This document shows, one piece after another, positions 1 to 8,353 of a stretch of DNA of 64,000 bases. The notes beneath the pieces were generated by a model. It had not been told where the DNA came from and did not search any database. It saw only the letters and a program-made list of their open reading frames with translations. Source of the stretch: an uncultured Alphaproteobacteria bacterium (GTDB lineage: Bacteria; Pseudomonadota; Alphaproteobacteria; Rhizobiales; Hyphomicrobiaceae); the NCBI GenBank assembly GCA_963742405.1, contig CAVUMB010000010.1:80957-144956 (forward strand), in the 5' to 3' direction. Every line of letters starts with the position of its first letter. Within the stretch, counting starts at the first letter, position 1. The translations under genes and the position numbers were made by a program.

Positions 1-740
1 TTCGGCGCGTCGCGCCGGCCGCCCGGCTTCGACCAGTCAAGTTCGATCAGTCGCGGCGCCCGCGGGCTGGCCCTGCCGACGGCATGAATCATCGGGAAGT
101 TCTGCGCCAGGAGATCATCGCCGACGATCGACCGAACCGTCGCGCCATGCCGCGCACCAATGGCGCGAACTACGGCCTCGATGTCGGCGGGGCCCAAATC
201 GCTGGCCGGCGTGTTGATCAGATCGCGGCCCAGCCAAACTGCTTCGACGGTATTGAGAAGATGCAGGCGGTCGACCGCTGCGGGAAGCGCGAGCCGCGCC
301 ACCTGACCGTCGTTGCCGGTGGCTGACCCGCTCTTCTTGTAACGGCGGAATCGATAGCGCCCCCAGCCCCCAAGACAGAGCCGCAAGCTCCGGCTGGCGA
401 ACCCGCTTTCAAGCCGATATATGCCCGGCGGCAGAACGCCGGCCACTTGCCCCAACAAAAGATCGGATGGACCGCACGGATCCCCGGCACTGCCCCCACC
501 GGCACCCAGCATGACACCGGCCAGCGAACCATCGGCGGCCGGCAGCAAAACGAACGATTTCGGTGCCCCCTTGAAGCCCGTCGTTTCGGCCCAGCGCGCC
601 GCCAAGTCTGACGTCAATGCGGGCTCGCCAGGGCCGGCAGCCACGAGATGGATGGGAACGGACGGCGCATCGCTCGGCGCGAAAAGATCCAACGCTTCGC
701 GCCGCGTGAACGAAGCCGTCGGGTCGTTTGCCGTGGTCAT
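1..740 (-). CDS. M17 leucyl aminopeptidase family protein (N-terminal part; gene runs off the window start)
   Basis: Own translation from ATG at 740 (absent from ORF track because there is no stop in the window): MTTANDPTASFTRREALDLF...GWGRYRFRRYKKSG...WLGRDLINTPASDLGPADIE...NFPMIHAVGRASPRAPRLIELDW. These match M17 peptidase signatures. Confidence 0.75.
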   Translation of the reverse strand, partial: MTTANDPTASFTRREALDLFAPSDAPSVPIHLVAAGPGEPALTSDLAARWAETTGFKGAPKSFVLLPAADGSLAGVMLGAGGGSAGDPCGPSDLLLGQVAGVLPPGIYRLESGFASRSLRLCLGGWGRYRFRRYKKSGSATGNDGQVARLALPAAVDRLHLLNTVEAVWLGRDLINTPASDLGPADIEAVVRAIGARHGATVRSIVGDDLLAQNFPMIHAVGRASPRAPRLIELDWSKPGGRRDAP

Positions 741-891
741 GGATCGTTGGTCTCGCTCGGATGAAGGGACAGTCAAAGCAACGTGCGGCGGCGACAAAAA
801 GACGGATGAACCCGCCGCTCTTGTGCAGCGCCGCAAGCCGCCTTAGGACGATAGGCTGGACCTAGCATATTCGCGACCGGAAGGCGAAAGC

Positions 892-1555
892 ATGCCCGAA
901 CCGACGCTCTCCCTCGTGATCGGAAACAAGATCTGGTCGAGTTGGAGCCTCCGGCCCTGGCTTGTGCTCAAGCAGCTTCCAGATCCCCTTCGAGGAGATC
1001 AGCGTCAAGCTGCGCCAGTCCGACAGCAAAGCCGCGCTTCTGGCGCATTCGCCCGCCGGCAAGGTCCCGGTTCTACGCGACGGCGACGTGCTGATCTGGG
1101 ATAGCCTCGCGATCATCGAATATATCGCCGACCTCTATCCGGACCGTCCGGTTTGGCCGCGCGATCGCGTCGCCCGCGGCATCGCCCGCGCGATCTCGCG
1201 CAGAAATGCATGCCGGATTCCAGCAATTGCGCGAAGTCTGCCCCATGGATCTGTTTCGCCTCCAAACCAATGGACGGCATTTCCGGAGGGCGTCGAACAC
1301 AACATCCGCCGCATCGTCCAAAGCTTCCGCGATTGCCGAACCGAGTACGGCCGCGACGGACCATTCTTGTTTGGCGAATTCACTGCGGCCGACGCCATGT
1401 ACGCGCCCGTGTGTTCCCGCTTCCGCACCTACGTTCCCGATTTGCGATCCTTCGGCGATGACGGCACCGCCACGGACTACGTTGAGACGATTTTCGCCAT
1501 GCCGGAGATGGAGTTATGGGCCGCCGCCGCACGCGCCGAAAGTGCGCCGGGCTGA
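892..1555 (+). pseudogene. glutathione S-transferase family gene with the reading frame broken three times
   Basis: GST sequence is spread over 3 frames. Frame 1: MPEPTLSLVIGNKIWSSWSLRPWLVLKQL. Frame 2: QIPFEEISVKL...SPAGKVPVLRDGDVLIWDSLAIIEYIADLYP...ARAIS. Frame 3: EMHAGFQQLREVCPMDLFRLQTNG. Frame 2 again: TAFPEGVEHNIRRI...GPFLFGEFTAADAMYAPVCSRFRTY, to the stop at 1555. Span is 664 nt = 3n+1. Confidence 0.7.
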
Positions 1556-1688
1556 TCGCGGATCAAGTTGCATCAGCGCGCTCAGGACCCTTAAACCTTT
1601 CTTGAGAACTGTCCCGGAAAGTGACGCCCGCACGAAATAGGGGCCGCAGGTGATTCGCCGGCGCCGCCCTGGGCGGGGAGCAGGCATA

Positions 1689-2630
1689 ATGGCGGGCAAG
1701 TCTATTGACGGCGCATTCAAACGCAGCGCGGCCATTGCGGGCCGCATGGCTGTTCTAGCCATTGCAACTCTGACCGGCGCCTGTTCAAGCCTTTCGGAAG
1801 AAACCGGACTCGATCTTCTTGCCTCGTCCAAGCCGGCCGCCGACACACGTGCTGCCAACGAGGGCGGCACTCCACAAACCGAAATTGGCAAAGCCACCGA
1901 ATATTGGGGCAAGGAATTCGCCAAGAACCCGGCCAACTCCGAAGCAGCCGTGGCCTATGCCAAGAACCTCAAGGTGCTCGGCAACAAGACAGAAGCGTTC
2001 AACGCGCTGCAGCAGTCAGCGCAGGCCAATCCCGACAGCAAGGAAGTGGCATCCGAGTTGGGCCGGCTGGCCCTCGATATGGATAAGGTTTCCCTGGCAG
2101 CGCAAATGCTGGAATTCGCCGACGATCCCCTGCGTCCCGACTGGCGTGTCGTCTCCGCCCGTGGCGCGGCACTCGCCAAGCTCGGACGTTACAAGGAAGC
2201 CGTCCAACATCTCGAGCGGGCAAGCCTGCTGGCGCCCGATCAGGTCGCCGTCCAGAATAACCTGGCGCTGGCCTATGCCATGAACGGCGACCCGGCCAAG
2301 GCTGAAACGCTCCTGCGTCAGGCCGTCACCCGTGACGGCGGCAGTCCCAAGACCAAGCAGAACCTCGCCCTCGTCCTCGGCCTGCAGGGCAAGTACGACG
2401 AAGCGACGTCCGTCGGCTCGACAGCGGTTGCAGCCGACGTCGCGCGGCAAAACACAAATCTCGTGCGCCAGATGGTCAAGCTTGAACCGAAGGTCACGCA
2501 GCCCTACACGGCTCCGGCTGCAATCGCCGCCGCACCCGCGACGTCATCACCCGTCGCGTTCAAACCGGCCACGATCGAAAACACGTCGGCGAACGGGTGG
2601 AATGCAACAATCATTTCGCAATCTCAGTAA
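1689..2630 (+). CDS. TPR-repeat lipoprotein
   Basis: ORF 1650..2630. ATG at 1689 gives MAGKS...AVLAIATLTGAC (lipobox LTGAC). The body has repeated TPR-like A/L/Y-rich helices (AVAYAKNLKVLGNKTEAFNAL, GRYKEAVQHLERA, NLALAYAMNGDPAKAETLLRQA). Confidence 0.65.
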   Translation: MAGKSIDGAFKRSAAIAGRMAVLAIATLTGACSSLSEETGLDLLASSKPAADTRAANEGGTPQTEIGKATEYWGKEFAKNPANSEAAVAYAKNLKVLGNKTEAFNALQQSAQANPDSKEVASELGRLALDMDKVSLAAQMLEFADDPLRPDWRVVSARGAALAKLGRYKEAVQHLERASLLAPDQVAVQNNLALAYAMNGDPAKAETLLRQAVTRDGGSPKTKQNLALVLGLQGKYDEATSVGSTAVAADVARQNTNLVRQMVKLEPKVTQPYTAPAAIAAAPATSSPVAFKPATIENTSANGWNATIISQSQ

Positions 2631-2645
2631 CGCAGGTTCAGCGGG

Positions 2646-3794
2646 TTACAGCCGGTTGAACCGGCCCATAAATCGTCGGTCGATCCAATCCTTCGCCAAC
2701 CACGCCCAGTGCCCGGCCACAGCGATCGAGCCACGGCTGGCTATTGCGGACTTCTCGCCAAGCGAGACGAGTGACAGAAACGCGCGCTGCGGCACGAACG
2801 GGTCGAGCAGCCGGGTTTCCAAATGGCGCCGCAGCTGGCGCGCCAAAATCGGTCCCTGACGAACCGCAAATACACCCGCCTTCGGCCGCGGATGCAAAAT
2901 CACGCTCGCACAGTCGCCGGCTGCAAAAATATTGTCATCGCTGATCGTCTGGAGCGTGGGCCGCAGCGCTAGAAAACCTGCCGCATCGCGGGCAAGCCCG
3001 GTAGCGGCGAACCACGACGGCGCTGCCGCTTTGGTGGAAATGATCGCCGCATCACAGGCAATCTCACGCCCTGAAAACAACTGCATCCGGCCCGGCGTCA
3101 CCGCGACAGCACCGTCATTTTCGATAACGACCACGCCCGCATCCGCAAGCGCCACCTTGGCCAGCCGCTGCGCCCGTGCCGGATGGCCGGGCAGAACGCC
3201 GGTGCCGGCAACGATTGTGTACGTAAACGGATCGCGCCGGCGCGTCTCATAGGTTTGGCCCGCCGTTAAGCGAAAGCGGGCGCCCAAAACGAGTTCCACA
3301 CCTGCGGCACCGCCGCCTGCCACAACGATGTGACGCGGACCACCGGGTGCCTCGGCCCGACGAAGAAATGTCTGCCACTTGGCGGCAAATTCCGACACCG
3401 GCTTCACGATCAGCGCATGCTCCGTAGCGCCTCTAATGTCGCGCGTATCGGGCGTGATCCCGACATCGATCGAGACGACATCGTACGCAGCACTCACGCC
3501 ATCGGCCAGTTGAACGCAACGCTTTTCGCGGTCGATACCCGTAACCTCGCCAACGACGAACTTGGCGCCCGCTGCGCGACTGAGCCGCTCCAGATCAATC
3601 AAACAATCGCGCTCACGGTAATGACCGGCTACAAATCCCGGCAACATGCCCGAGTATGCTGCCATGGGTTCCTTGGTGATCAGTGTGAGATCGAGACCGG
3701 TCATGGGTTGGCGAGCGAAGGCTTCGAGAACGAAGACATGCGCATGCCCACCCCCGGCGAGAACCAGTCGCTTTTGTTCGCAGGGCTTGGTCAC
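2646..3794 (-). CDS. FAD-dependent pyridine nucleotide-disulfide oxidoreductase (NADH dehydrogenase-like)
   Basis: 382-aa ORF. N-terminal Rossmann motif KRLVLAGGGHAH, second dinucleotide motif IVVAGGGAAGVEL, and FAAGDCA near the C-terminus. The start overlaps the upstream stop (ATGA). Confidence 0.75.
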   Translation of the reverse strand: MTKPCEQKRLVLAGGGHAHVFVLEAFARQPMTGLDLTLITKEPMAAYSGMLPGFVAGHYRERDCLIDLERLSRAAGAKFVVGEVTGIDREKRCVQLADGVSAAYDVVSIDVGITPDTRDIRGATEHALIVKPVSEFAAKWQTFLRRAEAPGGPRHIVVAGGGAAGVELVLGARFRLTAGQTYETRRRDPFTYTIVAGTGVLPGHPARAQRLAKVALADAGVVVIENDGAVAVTPGRMQLFSGREIACDAAIISTKAAAPSWFAATGLARDAAGFLALRPTLQTISDDNIFAAGDCASVILHPRPKAGVFAVRQGPILARQLRRHLETRLLDPFVPQRAFLSLVSLGEKSAIASRGSIAVAGHWAWLAKDWIDRRFMGRFNRL

Positions 3795-4903
3795 GATTGC
3801 TCCCGGGCGGCGAACAGCGCAGCCGGCAGCACTTCTGCCAAAACATCGAGTTCGCTATCAAGACCGCAACTGACGCGGATGCAGCGGTCGAGGCCAGCAA
3901 CGACCGGCTTTCGAACAAACACGTCGCGCGCGATGAGGCCATCCAGCACGGCTTTAGCGAATGGTCCATCCTGGCCGCAGTCGATGGCGACGAAATTGGT
4001 TGCTGATGGCAGGGCCAGCAAACCGTTATCTTGAGCGATCCGGCCGAGCCTGTCCCGCGCCCGGCCGATCTGAGCCACGACGGTCTGCAGATGGCTTTGA
4101 TCCACGATTGCCGCCAAGGCCCCGATCTGCCCGGTGCGATTGATGCCGTAGTGATTGCGCACCTTCTCGAAGCTGGCAATCAACCCCGCCTCGCCAATCG
4201 CATATCCGATACGTGCTCCGGCAAGACCGTAGGCTTTCGAAAACGTCCGCAACCGCAAAACCTGCGGATGGCTCACATCGACCTCTGGAACACTGCCAGC
4301 GGGCGCCATTTCGCAATAGGCCTCATCGAGTAATAGAAGCAATTCATCAGGCAGCGCCGCGATGAGTTGGTCAAGTTCCGCCGAAGTCCACCAGGACCCC
4401 ATCGGATTATTCGGATTGGACACGTAGAGAATGCGGGCACGCTCCCGCTTCGCCGCCGCAAGGAGTGCGTCGAGATCTTCCTTGTCGTCGCGGAACGGCA
4501 CTTTCACGAGCCGCGCCCCGTGCGCTGCGACATGAAAGTTGAAAGTGGGGTAGGCGCCATCGGAGGTGACGACCGGTGTTTCGGGGCAGGCGGCGATTTT
4601 CACCGCCAGACCCAGCAGCCCGTCAATCCCCTCTCCGACGACGACGTTGTCGCCACTGACCCCGTGCAACCGAGCGATGGCCGCGCGGAGATCGTAACTT
4701 TCCGGGTCGCAGTATTTCCAGATTTCGTGCTCCGCCGCCTGCATTGCTGCGATCGCTCCAGGAGCCGGACCGAAGGCGCTTTCATTCGCCCCCAGTCGGG
4801 CGCGAAACGGCCGCCCGCGCATACGCTCCATCTGTTCGGGCCCGACGAATGGCACCGTTCGAGGCAGCGCTTCGACAATAGGAGAGATGACGGGTCGGTT
4901 CAC
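3791..4903 (-). CDS. histidinol-phosphate aminotransferase family (class II PLP-dependent aminotransferase)
   Basis: ORF 3791..5014. Motifs LGANESAFGP, YVSNPNNPMG, TFSKAYGLAGARIGYAIG. Start chosen at GTG 4903, 16 nt after the upstream stop. The annotated ORF start would overlap the preceding gene. Confidence 0.7.
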   Translation of the reverse strand: MNRPVISPIVEALPRTVPFVGPEQMERMRGRPFRARLGANESAFGPAPGAIAAMQAAEHEIWKYCDPESYDLRAAIARLHGVSGDNVVVGEGIDGLLGLAVKIAACPETPVVTSDGAYPTFNFHVAAHGARLVKVPFRDDKEDLDALLAAAKRERARILYVSNPNNPMGSWWTSAELDQLIAALPDELLLLLDEAYCEMAPAGSVPEVDVSHPQVLRLRTFSKAYGLAGARIGYAIGEAGLIASFEKVRNHYGINRTGQIGALAAIVDQSHLQTVVAQIGRARDRLGRIAQDNGLLALPSATNFVAIDCGQDGPFAKAVLDGLIARDVFVRKPVVAGLDRCIRVSCGLDSELDVLAEVLPAALFAAREQS

Positions 4904-4919
4904 GGCACGCGAATTCCCG

Positions 4920-5360
4920 TCAAATAAGTCCAAGCGCGGCGAGTTCGCGCCGCATGGCGGGCGGCAAGTCAGCCGCGCCGCCGCGAACTCCAGTGCCAAG
5001 ATCGGGCGGTGCATCGGCTAGGTCGAGATAGCGCCAGCCCTGAAATGCCCGCCGTGGAACGGGGCGCACGGGTACGATCTCGGGATCCAGAAGCAGCAGG
5101 CAGCAGGGCGTACCGTCTTCTTTGCGCCCCTCGTCGAACCCGACAAATCGCTGCCGCGCTTGAATGAGCCCCTTGATGACCCAGTAGAGTGAGCCGCCAT
5201 CGAGCAACTCCATCGTCCGCTTGGGACTTTGGAACGTCGTGTGAAACACGGCTGCGGACTTGCCCACCTTGCGCCAGAATTGACGGTTCGCCGCCTGCCA
5301 CGCAGCGTGGTCTTCAACCGTTTCCGATCCGACCGAGAGCTTGATCATGTGCACGGTCAT
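4920..5360 (-). CDS. DUF1489-like conserved hypothetical protein
   Basis: ORF 4920..5522 trimmed to ATG 5360: MTVHMIKLSVGSETVEDHAAWQ...SLYWVIKGLIQARQ. From memory this resembles the alphaproteobacterial DUF1489 family. Confidence 0.55.
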   Translation of the reverse strand: MTVHMIKLSVGSETVEDHAAWQAANRQFWRKVGKSAAVFHTTFQSPKRTMELLDGGSLYWVIKGLIQARQRFVGFDEGRKEDGTPCCLLLLDPEIVPVRPVPRRAFQGWRYLDLADAPPDLGTGVRGGAADLPPAMRRELAALGLI

Positions 5361-5415
5361 TGCTGCAGCCCTCCGGCCTGAAATTCCAATTCGCGAAAAC
5401 GGTTGGGTGCGAGCG

Positions 5416-5862
5416 TCACTCGGTACATGTTCCGGTGTACTGACCGAAAAACGGGACCCCCAGCAAGCCGAGATGACGGGAGTGGACCGCCGGGTGCAAC
5501 CCCGTCTTGGGGTCCTTGTCATAGACCGTCGTCAAATTGAGGAAACCCTCGGTGACGACCTCGAGAAAATGGTTGGCATTGACGGCCCGCACGATACGGA
5601 CGGTGACTGGGGATGACCCCTCGCCCGTGCTGATCGCTGCAGATTGCCCTTCGAGATCGATTTTGGTGATTGTAAACACCATTGGATTGGCCGCCTTCGA
5701 CGTGAATTTTCCATCGCCGTAGCTGACGGACGTGCCCGTCCCGAAGGTGCAAACGAAGCGGACCGGCGCCGTGTCGAGGTCGTCCGCGGCCGCTGCGCCC
5801 GAGAACGCGATCGCCAAGATTGCGCAAGCCGTGCCCGCCCGCCTTGACCCGTATTCTGCCAT
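5416..5862 (-). CDS. exported hypothetical protein
   Basis: 148-aa ORF with signal peptide RRAGTACAILAIAFSGAAAADD. No recognisable domain. Confidence 0.5.
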   Translation of the reverse strand: MAEYGSRRAGTACAILAIAFSGAAAADDLDTAPVRFVCTFGTGTSVSYGDGKFTSKAANPMVFTITKIDLEGQSAAISTGEGSSPVTVRIVRAVNANHFLEVVTEGFLNLTTVYDKDPKTGLHPAVHSRHLGLLGVPFFGQYTGTCTE

Positions 5863-5978
5863 GTCATGCCTCCCGTCTTACCAAGATTGATTGAAGCCGG
5901 GTGGACCGCGCTCTGGCAAGCCGCGAATTGGCCGCCGGAGAAGCATCTTGCCGCCTTGCATAAGCCCGGCTTTTGCGA

Positions 5979-6452
5979 ATGATCAAGCCAACTCAAGTCA
6001 TGGGCGCCCAGGTGTTCGACCGCGTACGCATCCCACTCATGGTTTTCGCCGCGGCGGCGCTGCCGGGCTGCGCCGGTACCCCCGGCGATAGCACGGTGCT
6101 GCTCGCCCCCGGCAATTACACACTGACAGCTGAGGAAAAGAAACTCGACTGCCAAAGGTTGACCGGCCGTATCCAGGTCCGGCTGCTGGCGTTGCGCGGC
6201 GAGGAGTTCAAAGTGCACCCCTCTTCCGCCTCCCAATCCATGCGTTCCGCCACCAGCGCCGCGCTCGGCAGCGATTCCGAAAAGAACGCCACGGCCCGCG
6301 CGGCGACCAACCGTCCGATTTTGGACGCCTACAATAATCGTCTGGTGGAACTGGGATGTCCAAGCTTCGACATCGCCAAAGAGCTGCAGGCTCGCCCCTC
6401 CGCACCGACCCCCTATCCGACGATCCCGGCGTCGAGCAAGCGAGCCTCGTGA
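5979..6452 (+). CDS. putative lipoprotein, unknown function
   Basis: ORF 5973..6452. Signal and lipobox-like IPLMVFAAAALPGCAG. Start is uncertain (TTG 5973, ATG 5979 or ATG 6000). Confidence 0.45.
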   Translation: MIKPTQVMGAQVFDRVRIPLMVFAAAALPGCAGTPGDSTVLLAPGNYTLTAEEKKLDCQRLTGRIQVRLLALRGEEFKVHPSSASQSMRSATSAALGSDSEKNATARAATNRPILDAYNNRLVELGCPSFDIAKELQARPSAPTPYPTIPASSKRAS

Positions 6453-6465
6453 CGCGTACCCCACC

Positions 6466-6774
6466 TCAAGGGCACTTGGTGGTGCCCAGAAAACTCTTGT
6501 CGGCGTAGCCTTCCACGGCGCCTTTGCGAACCGCGCACCAATAGCCGCGAAGCGTACACAACGGCTTGCGCTTTTCCAGCACGTCACCGGCAGACGCGGT
6601 GCCGATCACTTTTGCGTCGCTGTAGGGGCGAGCGCGGATGTTGAGCGAGGGCGTCACCACTTGGAAGCAGCCGAAGTTGCTTGCTGCCTGCGCCGGAGCC
6701 GTCGCGAGACCCATGGGTCCGATGACGAACGAAACGGCCATGACGACGCTGAAACGGCGCGAATGTGTGGACAT
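6466..6774 (-). CDS. exported SH3b-domain protein
   Basis: Last 102 codons of the 500-aa ORF 6466..7968: MSTHSRRFSVVMAVSFVIGPMGLATAPAQAAS (signal), then LNIRARPYSDAKVIGTASAGDVLEKRK...YWCAV...GYA (bacterial SH3 pattern). Confidence 0.6.
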   Translation of the reverse strand: MSTHSRRFSVVMAVSFVIGPMGLATAPAQAASNFGCFQVVTPSLNIRARPYSDAKVIGTASAGDVLEKRKPLCTLRGYWCAVRKGAVEGYADKSFLGTTKCP

Positions 6775-7014
6775 GAAACTCTCCTGGACGATGCGGCAGG
6801 ACCAAAGGCGGCCAGAGCGGAGGGGCAGAGCGGTGGGGCAGACGAACGCGTTTCTACCCATGCACCCGATCCGGGGGGCGGTTCTAGCCGCCGATTGCGG
6901 CAACGTCGCGAACAGCACCAGTTGAACTCCGCGTGGCGCTCGCCCCGCTCCGTGATGTAGGGTTGCGCCGGGGTTCCGCCTGAAATTGTTGAGGACTTTG
7001 CAAGAAGCGACGCC

Positions 7015-7506
7015 ATGCCGACTGCTGCCCATCCACCCGCCGGCCACGCTCGTCCCGGCACCATTCCCTGGCCGCCGGTGCTTTTGGCATTGGCCGTGGT
7101 CGGCGCGGTCGCGCTCGAACGGCTTGCGCCTTTGCCTTGGCCCGGCGTCGGAGATGGCCCCGCTTCGCTCATCGGCCTTGGCTTTGGCGCCGCCGGATTG
7201 GCCATCGCCGTCTGGGCGGCGCTGACCCTGCGGCGGCACCGCACGACGATCTTGCCCCATCAGGCGGCCACCACGCTGGTCACCGACGGACCATATCGTT
7301 GGCGCCGCCATCCGATCTACATTGCCGATGTGTTTCTTCTTTTTGGAGCCGCCGAACTGACGCGGAACGTCTGGTTCGTCATCCTGGCGTTCGCCTTCGC
7401 CGGCCTTGTCACGATGCTCCAGATCCGCCCGGAGGAGCGCCATCTCGAAGCGGTCTTCGGCGATGCATGGCGCGCCTATGCCGGCCGGACCCGGCGGTGG
7501 ATCTGA
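7015..7506 (+). CDS. isoprenylcysteine carboxyl methyltransferase (ICMT/PEMT) family membrane protein
   Basis: 163-aa ORF with multiple TM helices and the C-terminal family pattern LVTDGPYRWRRHPIYIADVFLLFG...EERHLEAVFGDAWRAY. Confidence 0.7.
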   Translation: MPTAAHPPAGHARPGTIPWPPVLLALAVVGAVALERLAPLPWPGVGDGPASLIGLGFGAAGLAIAVWAALTLRRHRTTILPHQAATTLVTDGPYRWRRHPIYIADVFLLFGAAELTRNVWFVILAFAFAGLVTMLQIRPEERHLEAVFGDAWRAYAGRTRRWI

Positions 7507-7509
7507 TCC

Positions 7510-8289
7510 ATGGCCATCGACTACGCCGAAAAGGAGCGCGAATTCATCGACGGCCTCGCCGAGGACACCGGCCGCGACCTCGCGGGCTGGATGACGGCCA
7601 TCCGTGAAGCAAACCTCGACGACCGCAACGCGATCATCGATTGGCTGCGCCGGCAAGGTTTTCTCTTCGCCCGCGCCTCGTGGCTGGAGCGTATCCACCA
7701 TAATGGCGGCCGCCCGATCTATCTGGCCCCGACCGTCGGCGTAGGTTCGGCCGCAACGCCGCGCGGATCGACAACTGCCGCCCCATCCCCACCCGTCGCC
7801 GCGCCGCCGGCAGCAACCGCGCCCCAGCCTGCACCGACGCTCATCCCTCTTGTTCGCAAGCCGATTGACCCGCCTGCGCTGCCGACACCTCCCGTCGCAA
7901 CCAAGCCAGCCGGACTTTCCCTGGAGGCCGCGCTCGCCGAAGCGAAAGGTTACCGTCCACTGGCGCAATTCGTTCTGCGGGCCATCGAGGAGGCGGCTCC
8001 GGCGCTATCGATCGTTCCGCGCGCCGGCTACATTGCTCTGTGTGCCGGGCAAACCGTCGTCGGGATCTTGACACTCTCGCCGAAGGAATTGCGCTTAGCA
8101 CTCGCAGGCGCCGCAGGCGATCCGTTGGGCGGCTTCACACGCGCCAAGTTTGCCAAGACGCACGCCGACATTCCGCCGTCTATGACCCATATGGTCGTTC
8201 TAACGGACGCCCGTCAGGTGACCGCCGAATTGCTGGCAGCCGTTGCTGGCGCGGCCGCAGCCGACCGCGCCGCCCCATTGCCGGACTGA
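7510..8289 (+). CDS. DUF4287/DUF5655-like hypothetical protein with Pro/Ala-rich linker
   Basis: 259-aa ORF starting 4 nt after the previous stop. The N-terminal and C-terminal modules resemble DUF4287 and DUF5655 from memory. Unverified. Confidence 0.5.
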   Translation: MAIDYAEKEREFIDGLAEDTGRDLAGWMTAIREANLDDRNAIIDWLRRQGFLFARASWLERIHHNGGRPIYLAPTVGVGSAATPRGSTTAAPSPPVAAPPAATAPQPAPTLIPLVRKPIDPPALPTPPVATKPAGLSLEAALAEAKGYRPLAQFVLRAIEEAAPALSIVPRAGYIALCAGQTVVGILTLSPKELRLALAGAAGDPLGGFTRAKFAKTHADIPPSMTHMVVLTDARQVTAELLAAVAGAAAADRAAPLPD

Positions 8290-8353
8290 ACCACAAGCAC
8301 CATCTAATCGCCTGAATTCCCGCGCCACTAGTGCGCGCATGGAGGGCCTGCCC

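Noticed and set aside
5532-6587. 351-aa minus-strand ORF spanning several small genes.
   Set aside because: The sequence is low-complexity and Arg/Gly/Ala-rich. It overlaps the better-supported exported protein (5416..5862) and the lipoprotein (5979..6452).
6466-7968. 500-aa minus-strand ORF.
   Set aside because: Only the last 102 codons (6466..6774, signal peptide + SH3b) look like protein. The upstream 400 codons are Arg/Gly-rich and overlap the convincing plus-strand ICMT and DUF4287-like genes.
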